Origin: Octopus vulgaris
Taxonomy: Eukaryota
Length of the DNA: 64,000 nt
NCBI GenBank assembly: GCA_951406725.2
Contig: OX597826.1
Span: forward strand, 26,040,001-26,104,000
Direction of reading: 5' to 3'
In this document: piece after piece, positions 14,081 to 27,798 of the stretch
Layout of the letters: each line of letters opens with the position of its first letter
Position numbering within the stretch: the first letter of the stretch is position 1
Program-made: the position numbers and the translations under genes
The notes under the pieces: model-generated
The model's input: only the letters and a program-made list of their open reading frames with translations
Databases searched by the model: none
Told to the model about the DNA's origin: nothing

Positions 14081-16049
14081 CCCAAAAAGAGGCCTTTATT
14101 ACTATTAAAGACCACAAAGAAAACTTCCTTTCCAATCCTAAATGTAGGCTTATCAACCCAGCCAAGTCAGAACTAGGGATTATTAGCAAAGAAATTTTAG
14201 ATAAAATAAATACGAAAATTAAGACCGATACTAGGCTAGTGCAATGGTCCAATAGTATAGAAGTCGTAGACTGGTTTAAAGCTATTAAGAATAAGAAAAA
14301 AGCGAGGTTTACACAATTCGATATTGTTGATTTTTATGCCTCTATCTCTAAAGAACTGCTAGATAAAGCCCTAATCTTCGCTAGTGACTTCATAGAAATT
14401 AGTACCAATGATAAGGATATAATCTTCCATGCTAGAAAGACATTACTTTTCAGTGAGAATGCAAAGTGGGTAAAAAACACCGACACGGAGGGCGCTTTCG
14501 ATGTGAGCATGGGTTCATATGATGGGGCAGGCATCTGTGATCTAATTGGACTCTTTCTCCTAGATACCTTCAGTAAGACATTCCCTAACGTACATTTCGC
14601 CATCTACAAAGATGATGCCCTCGCCTTAACAGCTAATACAAATGGACCAGCACAAGATCGTTTTAGGAAGGATATTATCCAGTTAATGAAACACTTCGGA
14701 CTTAGTATAACTATAGACACTAACCTGACGGTTGTCAATTTCTTAGACGTTTCCTTAGATCTTAATAATAATATTTATAAGCCTTATAGGAAGCCCAATG
14801 ATAGACTAAGTTATATTAATGTAGGTTCATGCCATCCCCCTATAGTATTCAAAAATTTAGTTAAAAATATTAGTAAGAGGATTTCTAGCCTCTCATCTAA
14901 TGAGGACATCTTCAATAGCGTTGCCCCAGTTTATAATAAAGCTTTAAAAGATAGTGGTTTTAGCGAAAAAATAAAATATACACCTATCACCAGCCCAACA
15001 ATAAGGAAAAGGAATAATAGAAATAGGAAGGTCATCTGGTTTACGCCCCCTTACTCACCCGAGGTGGCCTTCAATATAGGTAAATATTTCCTAGCACTGA
15101 TAGATAGACATTTTCCAGTTAACCATGCTTATAGGAAACTCTTCAATAGACACAATTTAAAAATTAGTTTTAGTTCAACTACCAATTTTAAAAACATAAT
15201 CAATCATAACATACAAAAAACACAAGAAGAAAACAGCTGTTCATGCAGGAATAAAGAATTGTGCCCGCTAAATGGAGCTTGCATGTCCAAGACCATCATA
15301 TATGAAGCTACCGTAAACTCTATAACCACTAAAGACACCGTTTCGACGAAGAAATACGTGGGCCTGACAGAGGGTAATTTCAAGGCCAGGTTCAATAACC
15401 ACACTTTGAGCTTTAGGCACTGGAACAAAAGAAAAGCGACACAATTATCCAATCATATTTGGTCTTTAAGAGATAAAGGTGTCGATTATAACATACAATG
15501 GAAGATTTTGGCCAGATGTAAGCCCTATACTAACGGCAACGGAAGGTGCGGTTTATGCGACATGGAGAGATGGCTTATCTGGAAAAGCAGCTTAGACCCT
15601 ACCACATGTCTAAATACAAGGACAGAGCTTTTCGGATCATGCCCACATGTGACTAAATTTCTGTTACGTTTTTGGTCCCCTAAAGAAAACGGATAGAACA
15701 TGCTTTCTGTGTTATGTCCCAAGAAGATTTTATATATTTTTATATATTTTTATATATTTTTATGTATTTTTATATAATTTTTATGACGAAAAATGCGAGC
15801 GATGTATAAGTACGCAGGCAAAGCAGAGTTATAACAGAGTAATTTCCCTTCATTTTTAACGGTATTTTTTCATAACGTTTTCAAATAGTCAGATAACCGA
15901 AGAGATGGTGTTGTGGATTTCCACTTCGGCATCTGAAACTCAGAGTTTTATCTTGACTACCGAGTAATGTAACATATTGTATAGATAAATTTCTTCTATT
16001 TACATAATATTGAGGTCTCTTTCTTTCTTTTGTTATCTTACCGTTTTAT

Positions 16050-16052
<3 letters not shown>
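14078..16052 (+). mobile_element. Penelope-like retroelement (RT + GIY-YIG), 5'-truncated, probably Naiad-like
   Basis: Uninterrupted ~540-aa frame ending at 15696: [35 protein letters not shown]; CSCRNKELCPLNGAC linker; GIY-YIG IIYEAT...KYVGLTEGNFKARF; C-terminal CGLC...CPH. Confidence 0.9.
15888..15956 (+). ncRNA. Hammerhead-like motif in the Penelope 3' region
   Basis: agataa-CCGAAGA-gatg...catct-GAAA-ctcagag-TT-ttatct; stem I agataa/ttatct; variant core. Confidence 0.55.
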
Positions 16053-16109
<57 letters not shown>

Positions 16110-16539
16110 TATATAAAATCCCCTCTATGTCTCTCTGCGCGTGTCTTCTAGGATCTCGGGCATCCTCCATCCGATTGCGCTCAAATCTGATATGTAGATA
16201 CAGACGGTATCAGGTCGTGTATAAGTCTGGAAAAAATTACAAAAATTGATTCCAGGTGAGAATGCGATCGATAAAGCCGTGGGAACGTGCTTTTCTTCCG
16301 TCAACTTGCATATAACTTCACCTTCCATTTTTTGTTGTTTTTTGTACCACTTAAAGGCACATTTCTTTCCTGCAAAGCTTACTATTTAAACCATGTTTGT
16401 GTTCTCCAAGTCAACAGCCTTATCATTACTGGTACTTTAAACTCTTCGGTTGCATATTTGTGTGAATAAAATCGTTTTCTTTGGAATAGAAAAAAAGTAT
16501 ATCGTTATTTATTCTTTTGCTGGTGTCTCAAATTTAGGT

Positions 16540-17040
16540 TAAATCAGTGTTTCTCAGAGTATCAGCGCTAAGTAACAGCATTTATCATCATTGTGGTTTC
16601 AATTTTCTTATGTCAAAATTCGTTACAGGATCGTTCGCTGATGAGAAAGAAGCTTTAACAAAAGTTACACAAATGCGTAATATCTAGATGGAATCTCCTG
16701 AATTTATACAACTGGCTTACAAGAGGATATAAGTTGTTGATTCAATTGCAGCAAAGCAAATGCATGAGGAACAGCCATAAGTAGAAAAATTCAGGATAGG
16801 TTTTCAATGGTTTCTTAATACGTTTCCGAAAACACTAATTGAAAATTTAGAACAGAAAAAATAACATGATAAACAAAATGCTTTGAAAAATTTTCCCAGA
16901 CGTTCAGCGTTCAAATTTGGTAGAGATCAGCTTTACCATTCATCCCTCTGGGGGTCGGTAAAGTTTTCTATTTGTGAAGTATTGGTATAGATGGTATCGT
17001 TTAACTTCCTTCCGTCAAAATTATTAGCCTTGTGTCTAAA
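16540..17040 (-). pseudogene. Pseudogene D: promoter plus frameshifted exon 1 of the secreted-protein family
   Basis: 16592-17000 is homologous to the gene B upstream region 10803-11220 (TATAAATT at 16701-16708); ATGATGATAAATGCTG--TTACTTAGCGCTGATACTC from 16591 matches exon 1 but reaches TAG at codon 8. Confidence 0.75.
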
Positions 17041-17584
17041 TTAAAAACCGTTGTTGTTGTTGTTGGTGGTGGTGGTGATGTTGGCGGTGTTGTTGTTATT
17101 GCAGTCGTAGCATCATCATCATCATCATAATCATCATTATCAGTGAAAGCGCTTGGCTTAGTGGTTAGGGTATTCGGCTCACGATTGTAAGTTCGTGAGT
17201 TCGATTCCCGGCGGCGTGTTGTGTCCTGGAGCAAGACACTTTATTTTGCGTCGCTTCATCCTCTGAGCTGGCGAAAATGATTTATATCTGTAATTTCAAA
17301 CGACCAGCCTTGTTCACATACTGCGTCACGCTGAATCTCCGTGAGAACTACGTTAAAAGAATGTGTAGAAATAGAAGTAAAAATAGCATTACCTTTAATT
17401 CTATAATTATAAAATGAATGTTGTTGTTACTTCAGAGCAATCTTTATTTTTAATATTGTGTATGTGATATATATATATATATATATATTGGCCTGCTCGC
17501 TTAGCCAGCGGGGTGGCGTCACATACGAACGCATTGTGACCAGCGATGTGTAACTACATCTGATGGACTGGTCGGTCACGTGAT

Positions 17585-17619
<35 letters not shown>

Positions 17620-18041
17620 CTCTTTTACTCTTTACTCTTTTACTCTTTTACTTGTTTCAGTCATTTGACTGCGGCCATGCTGGAGCACCGCCTTTAATCG
17701 AGCAACTCGACCCCGGGACTTATTGTTTTTGTAAGCCCAGTACTTATTCTATCGTTCTCTTTTGCCGAACCGCTAAGTAACGGGGACGTAAACACACCAG
17801 CATCGCTTGTCAAGCAATGCTAGGGGGATAAACACAGACACAAACACACACACGCATATATATATATATACATATATACAACGGGCTTCTTTCAGTTTCC
17901 GTCTACCAAATCCACTCACAAGGCATTGGTCGGCCCGGGGCTATAGTAGAAGACACTTGCCCAAGATGCCACGCAGTGGGACTGAACCCGGAACCATGTG
18001 GTTGGTTAGCAAGCTACTTACCACACAGCCACTCCTGCGCC
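17620..18041 (-). mobile_element. tRNA-derived SINE (family 2), full length
   Basis: Head GGCGCAGGAGTGGCTGTGTGGTAAG, tail (GTAAAAGA)n. Confidence 0.85.
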
Positions 18042-18621
18042 TATATATATATAATCTTACTGCTTTGTTACAGTCGGGATACGTGGCGTACAGTTACTCA
18101 ATAAAGGAAATGTATATATATATATATGTGTTAGAGGGTAACCATTATGTGGACACCCTTATGCTAGAAATAGATCCGCTATGGTCTTACCACTAAGAAA
18201 TGTTCTCAAGAAAAATTTAGCAAAACAACCAAAGCGTAATCGAGCAAGAGAAAGAATAAAGCAATAAAAATATGGATTATTCGCATACGCGTTTCACTAT
18301 TAACATATTACGGAATTTTACTTACATAAATGTCCGTAGATCATCGGTGCGACTGTCCAGATGGATACAATTTGCAGGAGTGCATACTAGGACGTCCGCA
18401 CAAAGTCAGACTTGTAAACAGTACTACCCATCACACTCGTGGTTACTATTTCAAATAGTATATATATATACTTAGCGGTTCGGCAAGAGAGACCGATAGA
18501 ATAAGTACTAGGCTTACAAAGAATAAGTCCTGGGGGTCGATTTGCTCGACTAAAGGTGGTGCTCCAGCATGGCCACGGTCAATTGACTGAAACAAGTAAA
18601 AGAATAAAAGAATAAAAGAAA

Positions 18622-18661
<40 letters not shown>

Positions 18662-19299
18662 TTTCATATGACATGCTGCATTTTGTTTCTGCCAACCAAA
18701 TCCACTCACATGACTCTGGTCCGCCTTAGATCCTACTTACTCAATTTGACACGCAATGGGACGAACACCGAACCATATGACTGTGAACAAGCATTTTACT
18801 ACACTGCTATGCCTGTGCCCACGATGATTAATACCGTTGAAACCTGCCTTTTTTGAGTTTCACATAATATTCTTGATATTAGAACTTGGTAACTTTCTAT
18901 AATAACGCCTGTTTGAAAAACAGATGGGACGAAACAGAGTTATGAATTGTCTGAAATCACAGTTTATAATCAAGTCAGAAGTTCTTATATTTTACATTGT
19001 CGGTTAAAATATAAAAAGTAACTGATGTCTGCATAATTAATGTTATATTTTAGGGTTATCCCAACCGTGAATTACAATAATTACAAACACCTTATTAGCT
19101 AACAATGAGGAGATATTATGCATTGCAATAATAAACTGCTGTCTATACAGAACTTGCCAATTTTACGTAGCTGCATGTTATATATTTTATATAAAGTGCA
19201 CAATAAGTATTCTATTAATTGTCACTAATAAAAATCAGTAGAATCACGTCTGGAATATATGATCACCACCACCACCACCACCATCACCATCATCACATT

Positions 19300-19700
19300 C
19301 TTTTCTACTCTTGGCACAAGGCCTGAAGTTTTTGGGGGCCAATCGATTAGATCGACTCCAGTACACAACTGGTACTTAATTTATTGACCCCGAATGATGA
19401 AAGGCTAAGTCGACTTCGGTGGAATTTGGACTCAGAACATAAAAACAGACGAAATACCTCTAAGCATTTCTATTTCTTTACTACCCACAAGGGGTTAAAC
19501 ACAGAGGGGACAAACAAGGACAGACAAACGGATTAAGTCGATTATATTGACCCCAGTGCGTAACTGGTACTTGTTTAATCGACCCCGAAAAGATGTAAGG
19601 TAAAGTCGACCTCGTCGGAATTTGAACTCAGAATGTAACGACAGACGAAATACCTCTAAGCATTTCGTCCAGCGTGCTAACGTTTCTGCCAGCTCGCCGC
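19300..19700 (-). mobile_element. Two adjacent tRNA-derived SINEs (family 3)
   Basis: Head GGCGAGCTGGCAGAAACGTTAGCACG, B box GAGTTCAAATTCC. Confidence 0.8.
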
Positions 19701-20060
19701 CGTCACCCTCATCACATTCATCACTACCGTCACCACCATTAACATAACCACTGCCAACGCCGCAAGGCACCACCACCACCGCCGTCACCACTGCCGCCTC
19801 CACCACCACCGCCGTCACCATTGCCGGTGCCACCACTGCCGCCACCACCGCCGCCGCTACCACCGCCAACTCCGCCACTACTGCCACTAAAGCCACTACC
19901 GCCACCACCACCACCACCACCACCACCACCTCCAACCTCACCACTACCGCCTCCACCGTCACCGCCACCGCATCTGCCATCACCACCACCACTAGCACCG
20001 TCAGCACCACCACTAACATCCCCACTTCACCACCACTTTCATCATTATCATCATTACACA
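19700..20060. repeat. Degenerate (CCA/CCG)n trinucleotide repeat
   Basis: Low-complexity run that produces the poly-Pro/Val ORF artefacts. Confidence 0.9.
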
Positions 20061-20404
20061 TTTGCAACGTCAGGTCCAAATAGGTATATAGCTAAGTAGT
20101 AATTCATAATTCAACCACCCAAAAAGTTGTTCTAGAATTATCTTGCATAAACGTAACATGTATTATGAATAAAACTTATACATATATACATATACATGCA
20201 TACTCATGTATATACATCTATATATTAATATATATATATGCACATTAATGGACGACAGATAAAAAGCGTATACTGAGTGTATGACCGGACGTGAGACAGA
20301 CACTGGAGGTCCCTAATTCTTCATCAGTTATCAACCAAATGGTAATATTCAGTTTCGCACCACGTAACGCACCCCGGCTGTTATTAACAGTAAGTATACA
20401 TACT

Positions 20405-20480
<76 letters not shown>

Positions 20481-21770
20481 TGGTACAATAAAGCACCAAT
20501 GTTTACTGGAAATAGCAATATTAAAGCTTTAATGTGTGTATACTGGCAAAGACGTGTGAGGGTAGCAAACATAAAAAAGATTGTCTTATCTCTAAAAAGA
20601 ACATTAAATAAAAGGATAACCCAGAATCGGATAATCCAGTACCTGTTATCGTAAATTTGATTAGACTTCATCAGCTAGATTTACCTGGACAATATTTCAA
20701 ATGTTGCTACATCAATGCCTGTACACTCGCTTGAACGCTTAGCCGTTAACAGAGTGAGAATACTGAAAAGATTTTGAATGAAAAATAAAATATTGCAATG
20801 CAAATGTAGTACTTTCCAGTTAAATAAAGCACAGTAAAGGTAGAAGTATAAATATAGAGTAGTGGTGCAACTAAGCACCAATGTTTACTGGAAATAACAG
20901 TCGATATATTTGCAACGTTATAGTAAAGCTTCAATGTGTATATACTGGCAAAGACGTGTAAGGGCAGAAAAAATGGATGCGTGGCTTTCAATTAAATAAT
21001 AATATAAATAATATATATGTATATATTTCAGTATGAGTTAGAGGTTAAGAAACCATCTAAGGGATATTAAATATCCAATATACTACTGGATGTGTACCTC
21101 CGTATTTTTAACCAAGTGCTTACTATTGCATGGCAATATTGGAATTGAATACTAGGTATGGGTGGGGGTGAATTGGAAATTTACCCAGGATTTATAAGGC
21201 AAATAAGAAAATGGAGGGGATATATGATGTTTAATAAATAGATATAATGGAATATTTACTGGCTGATGTTTTTCGATTTTATATCCCCTCCATTTTCTTA
21301 TTTGCAACATACACACACACACACACACATACACACACACACACATGTATGTATGTATGTATGTATGTATGTATGTATGTATGTATGTATGTATGTATAT
21401 ATAATATTTTGTAAAGAAAGAGATTACTCTTTCCAGAGATATCTTACATCATAGCTTCCTACGGTTTATCCATATGTCTGTCAATACTGGAATTTGTCGC
21501 TGCGCGTTAGTATTAGCGTTTAACAGACACCAGTACTATACACATTATGGAGTTCCAGTAGTCCCTATAGATGTTTCCATCTGATTCGATAAAGAAAATG
21601 GAGGGTATGACTATAGCAAAATCAATTTATTTATATAACTGTCGATTACGTAATGCCTACAACCGTTCATTATCCATCTTCACTTATTATACAATTAATA
21701 ATTGCGTTATGAGTTCCAAAGGCAGATATATCTTCAGTGCCCAAATCAACATATTTGTCTTACCATCCTA

Positions 21771-21805
<35 letters not shown>

Positions 21806-21998
21806 TGTATGTATGTATGTATGTATGTATGTATGTATATAGATGTATATGTGTGACAAACTTCTGCACACCTCATGTCCACCGAATATGCTCACAAGCC
21901 ATTAATCTGCTTATGGCTATAGTAGAAGTCAAGGTTCCACTCAATAAAACCGAACCTGTACCCACGTCGTTCCGGAGTTGACTCCTTAAAACATTCTC

Positions 21999-22055
<57 letters not shown>

Positions 22056-22059
22056 CCTT

Positions 22060-22187
<128 letters not shown>

Positions 22188-22879
22188 CCTACCTATCTAT
22201 CTATCTATCCGTCTGTCTTTATGCAGACTAATGCCAAATCCATCTTCTGGTTCATTCATCTATCACTTTTATCTCAACCGACACTACGAAATTTCTGTAG
22301 TAGATCCAGCGGAAATATACTCCAATTGTGGATGGCTCAAGGTAGCCCAAACAGTGAAGGTGCCCTACTCAACACACTAAATAACATATACCCATTAATC
22401 TCCCCAAAATCATACGCACACAAACACACACACAATCAGTGACGTGGGGCCCAATATGGGTTCCTCCAAATTGTATTTACTGTTTGAGAATGATTTTATT
22501 ATTTTTCGGTATCTCGGTTTCTCATCATTGATCCTTAGAAACATTGTGAATTTAATAAACGAATTTCTTTATATGGAAATTTTTAAAAATTGTTAGTAAT
22601 CTGTATTTATAAAGGCAGCGGGCTGGTAATATCATTATCATGCCGGATAAAATATTTAGCGGCATTTTGTCAGTCTACGTTGTGAGTTCAAATTCTGTCG
22701 ACCTTCCCTTTAATCTTTTCAGAGTCGACAAAATATGTACCAGTTGAACACAGGGGTCGATGTAATCGACTTACACACTTCCCCGAACTTGCAGCCCAGA
22801 TGCCAAAATTTGAATTATGTATGTATGTATGTATGTATATATGTAGGTTTGGCTGCCAGCGTTTCAAAAATTAAAGTCT

Positions 22880-23294
22880 CTTTACTCTTACTCTTTTACT
22901 CTTTTACTTGTTTAAGTCATCTGACTGTGGCCATGCTGGAGCTTTAGTCGACCAAATCGAGCCCAGGAATTATTCTTTGTAAGACTAGTACTTATTCTAT
23001 CGGTCTCTTTTGCCGAACCGCTAAGTTTCGGGGACGTAAACACACCAGCATCGGTTGTCAAGCAATGTTGGGGGTACAAGCACAGACACACATACATACA
23101 TATATATACATATGGTGGAAGAGCGCAGGAGTGGCTGTGTGGTAAGTAGCTTGCTTACCGACCACATGGTTCCGGGTTCAGTCCCACTGCGTGGCACCTT
23201 GGGCAAGTGTCTTCTACTATAGCCTCGGACCGACCAAAGCCTTGTGAGTGGATTTGGTAGACGGAAACTGAAAGAAGCCCGTCGTAAGTATATG

Positions 23295-23325
<31 letters not shown>

Positions 23326-23547
23326 AAGTGTTTGTGTGTCTCTGTTTGTCCCCCTAGCATTGCTAGACAACCGATGCTGGTGTGTTTATGTCCCCGTTAC
23401 TTAACGGTTCGGCAAAAGAGCCCGATAGAATAAGTACTGGGCTTACAAAAGAATAAGTCCTGGGTCGAGTTGCTCGATTAAAGGCGGTGCTCCAGCATGG
23501 CCGCAGTCAAATGACTGAAACAAGTAAAAGAGAGAGTAAAGAGTATA

Positions 23548-23591
<44 letters not shown>

Positions 23592-23772
23592 TATAATATA
23601 TATACATATACGACGGGCTTCTTTCAGTTTCCGTCTACCAAATCCACTCACAAGGCTTTGGTCGGCCCGAGGCAATAGTAGAGGACACTTGCCCAAGGTG
23701 CCACCAGTGGGACTGAACCCGGAACCATGTGGTTCGTTAGCAAGCTACTTACCACACATCTACTCCTACGCC
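22880..23772. mobile_element. Cluster of three family 2 SINE copies in alternating orientation
   Basis: - tail ~22880-23100, + full copy ~23122-23540, - head ~23610-23772. Confidence 0.8.
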
Positions 23773-24629
23773 TATTCAAAATTTTAAAATTTGGCACAAT
23801 AACATACTTTACCAAGTTGAATTTCTGGAGTTATATATTTTTCCAGAAAAATGTTTTTAAAAAGTGATACGGGTTTAAAGTTTGATTATTTTCAAACAGT
23901 CAGGAATCAGGATTTGGAAGCTGTCATTTTGTGCGTGACTGCACATTCTGTTGTCAGCATCCTGAAAATAGCTCGTGTTTGCCAATAATTGTAAACAACA
24001 CTTGTTTCGAAGCTTGAAGCGTTCAATATGCATTTAATGCGATAACACGCACTTAAAAGATTTCTCTCAAAAACGTTATTTCGGTGTTATTTTTAGCACA
24101 GCTCACAACCACCTCCATAACAAAAAGAAACGAGTAAACAAGTAGTTTTAAGCATTCGATAGAATTCGAAGAAACAAATCAAGTCCAGGATACGAAGAGA
24201 AAACTATTCGAGTTTAGGATGGGTTTCCCATGTTTAGGTATCACATTTCCTCAAGTAGTAACTACTTGAAAACCTATCATCAATGATACGAAAAAAAAAT
24301 GCTTTACAACATTACATTGTGACTCTTAACGTTGCGAGTTGAAACACTGCCGTGGTCAATTTTGCCTTTCATTCTTTTGGGGTCGATAAAATAAAGTATG
24401 AGCCAAGCACTTAAGCCGATTACATTTATTTAAGTCTTCCTCTCAAATGTTACTGACCTTGAAGCTTGCGACGCAAAGGTGTCACTTGCAGGAAAATGCT
24501 GCGATTTCGGTGTTTTATACGCCCCCCACCAAAAAAAACGAGTAACCCGCTTTATAAATCCAGGCCTCAATAATGTAATATAATTGATAATATAATATAA
24601 TATAATAAAATATAATATTATAATATATA

Positions 24630-24681
<52 letters not shown>

Positions 24682-24869
24682 CACTTCACATTCTTTATTT
24701 TCCCTCCTTGTTTCTTTCTGTGTTCTTATCGGTGGAAGAGCGTAAGCTCGAAACGTTAAAGACCTTTTCACTTCCTGAGCGTTAAACTAATACATCTGTT
24801 TGTTATCTACACCACCTGTCTTCAATTATTGTTTTTTTGTGAATTCTCCCATATATATATATTTATATA

Positions 24870-26220
24870 TAAGGTTGAAAAGTAATGTATGAGTTGATAT
24901 GTATAAAGAAAATAAGTCAAGGTAGAAAATACTAAAATGATTTTAACATGAAATACATTTTGTGATGGTTAGTACGATTTTCAGTCATCTCGACTCTTTC
25001 AACTAATATGAAAACAAAGGTGGTTATTAATTAAGAAGTAAAACAATTAAATTGAAGAAAATGTGAAGTGAAATATTTTCTAAATATTTCCATAGTCTTC
25101 AAATAGGTAGAACATTTTCTTTTTGTCTGTCTGCCTGTCTGTCTTTCTTTTCCTGTGTGAACGCTCGGTAGGTAGTAGCAGATCTGAAGAAATAGTTCTG
25201 TGGAATCTACTTTAATAGTCAATTGACCTAAACGTGACTTATTGTGGTTGTAGCAGTACTGGTAGGAACTGTTGTAAATAAATTCATGGATAGCGACTGT
25301 TTTAATGCATCTATCGTTTTTAATATTTGCTTGGGTATTATTCTAAGATCCTTGTAGTAGTACCATCTGTAGTGGAAGCATTCAAAAGAGGTTTATATTT
25401 TGTGATGAAATATGATTCTAAGCTAATGCGCTGATTAAAGGTTGTATTGTCCCTAAATTCATTGCGGGAAAACATTCTAAAGTTTGGTTAGTGGCGCAAA
25501 TGTCGATATGTTCATTTAATACTATTTTTTCGTATTCCCAAATTTTAATCTAGAAGCTATGTACGGTCATCCTCTGGCGTAGCCGGTTTTAGTTTGACCA
25601 ATATATTGCTCTCGGCACCCTGAATAAGTGAACACATATATCAGGTTTTCCGAAGCACGCGTGAAATTGTTTTGCACTGTAAAACGTTGACCCTGTTTGA
25701 AGGAGAACTCCGATTTCTCAATTAGGTTGACGCATATACTACAGCTAGGTCTTCCGCTTTTTATATTGTCGGTTTCGATGTTTTGACGAGTACACTCGGG
25801 CTTGTGTTAGAATAATTTTCATTGACTTGGGTTGTCCTTTACTCTTTATAACGGCGTGCGTTTGATTCGTTCTATGGTCCGTTTTAGCAAAGGAATGTTC
25901 TGAAGGTTGGTGTCGAAGGCCTCATTGTTTAGGAGTTTGTGGGTGGGTATTTATGGCAGGACTTTTGGCTGTAATTCCTTCTTTAGTTTGGGACCTCTGA
26001 GCTCGTGGATGTTGAATTTCAGTGCATGTTGAAAACCTATATCAATTAATGATGGTGGGTAATTCCTACTGATGAGTGTATCCTTTAGCTCATGTAGTTT
26101 GTGTCTCTGGTGCTTGTATCTGATACTATAGCGCAAATCCTTTTTGCCAGGTTAATTCATTCTAGTGCGTCTGGGGTGGCATGAGTTGAACGGTAGATAT
26201 TGCTTGGAGTCCGTGGACTT
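24870..26220 (-). mobile_element. Degenerate Penelope-like element (RT C-terminus + GIY-YIG)
   Basis: Minus strand [16 protein letters not shown] resembles KPTDSQQYLLFSSCH at ~55250; NLIYVFT...EQYIGQT GIY-YIG motif; many stops and frameshifts; decayed hammerhead-like motif at ~24969-25007. Confidence 0.75.
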
Positions 26221-26307
26221 TTATATATATATATATATATGTATATGCGCGTGTGTATATATATATGTGTGTGTATACATACATATACATACATACGCAC
26301 ATATATG

Positions 26308-26378
<71 letters not shown>

Positions 26379-27695
26379 AAGCCCGGGTGCGTTGCGTTCC
26401 GTTACTTAATAAATGAAAGTTGTGAAGAATATAGAGATGAGAGCAAAGAAAACAATATAGAGTGGCCTTTTGAAAGTAAATAAATGTAATTCAAGATGAT
26501 AGAGTCTTAAGTCAAAACAAGCAAGAAACGAGCAAAATATAGCCTAAGGGCCAAAAAGACGAAAATGGTGGGTAACGCTTAGAAGGCACCCATAAGAATT
26601 TGAAAACAATAAACAGCAAGACAGTGGGACACAAAATTCACGGCCGGTCAACTATGCAACCGGTGTGAGAAAGGGGGGGGAAGAAGGTGGGCTGACCATG
26701 GGACACGTGATAGCAGTAGTCAGAGGAAAAAGAAGACAAGAGAGAAAGGAGAGAGCAAGCGACAGAGAGAAAATAAGGGAAGGGATGAATTGAGGGAAAG
26801 GAGAAAGGAGGAAATCAAGAAATCAAGGAAAAAGAATGAAGGCTAGAAATAGAAGTAAGATAGCAAGCGATTAAAGGGAAGGAGAAAGAACTAGAGTCGC
26901 ATGGATATATAAAAATTACTGTTGATAAAAGCTAGGGTGCGTTCCGTTCTGTTACATAATAAATGAAAAAAATGTATTGTAAATAGACAACGACAGGGTA
27001 GAAAAAAACGACCACCGAGTATACAATCGGACGTGAGACACACAGAAAGTCCCTAATTCTTCATCAGTTATCGACCTACTGGTAATATTCAGTTTCACAC
27101 CACTTGATCCGTGGCCGGCTCTCCTTTCTCTCCCTTTTCACACTGACCGATCGTAAATTCTCTGTGTTCCAATGTCTTGCTACTTGCTATTTTCTAATCC
27201 TTCAGAGTGCCATCTAAGCGTTACCCACCCTTCTCGTCTTTTTGGCCCTAAGGCTATATTTTGCTCGTTTCTTGCTTGTTTCGTCCTTGTCCATCGCCTT
27301 AAGTTACATTTATTTACTTTCGTATGCTCATTCTGTATTGTTTTGTTTGCTCTCGGCCCTATATTTTCCTCGTTACATATAAAACGTCACCCTTTTGAAG
27401 CCTAGCCAGGCTCATGGGCCCGGTTTCCTGGTTTTGTGGCGTATGTGTTCCCCCCAGCTGGACGGGACGCCAGTCCATCGCAGCGTTACTCAAGAAACAG
27501 GAAGAGAGAGTGAGAGAAAATTGGGGCAAAAGAGTACAACAGGGGTCGCCACTACCCCCTGCCGGAGACTCGTGGAGCTTTTAGGTGTTTTCGCTCAGTA
27601 AACACACACAACACCCGGTCTGGAAATCGAAACCGCGATCCTCCGTCCGCAAGCCCGCTGCCATAACCACTGGGCCACTGAGCCACCACTTCGTT

Positions 27696-27730
<35 letters not shown>

Positions 27731-27798
27731 CATATATATATACATATATATATACATATACATACATACATACATACATGCATACATGCATACATATA

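Noticed and set aside
14078-15696. Possible selenoprotein-type Naiad element
   Set aside because: No in-frame TGA; the Cys motif positions are ordinary Cys codons
19495-20099. Val/Ala-rich or poly-Pro ORFs
   Set aside because: Degenerate CCA/CCG repeat abutting a SINE
27040-27110. GAAA-stem-TA...CTGATGA on the minus strand (also ~20320-20365) as a type II hammerhead
   Set aside because: Stem III pairs, but I could not form convincing stems I and II
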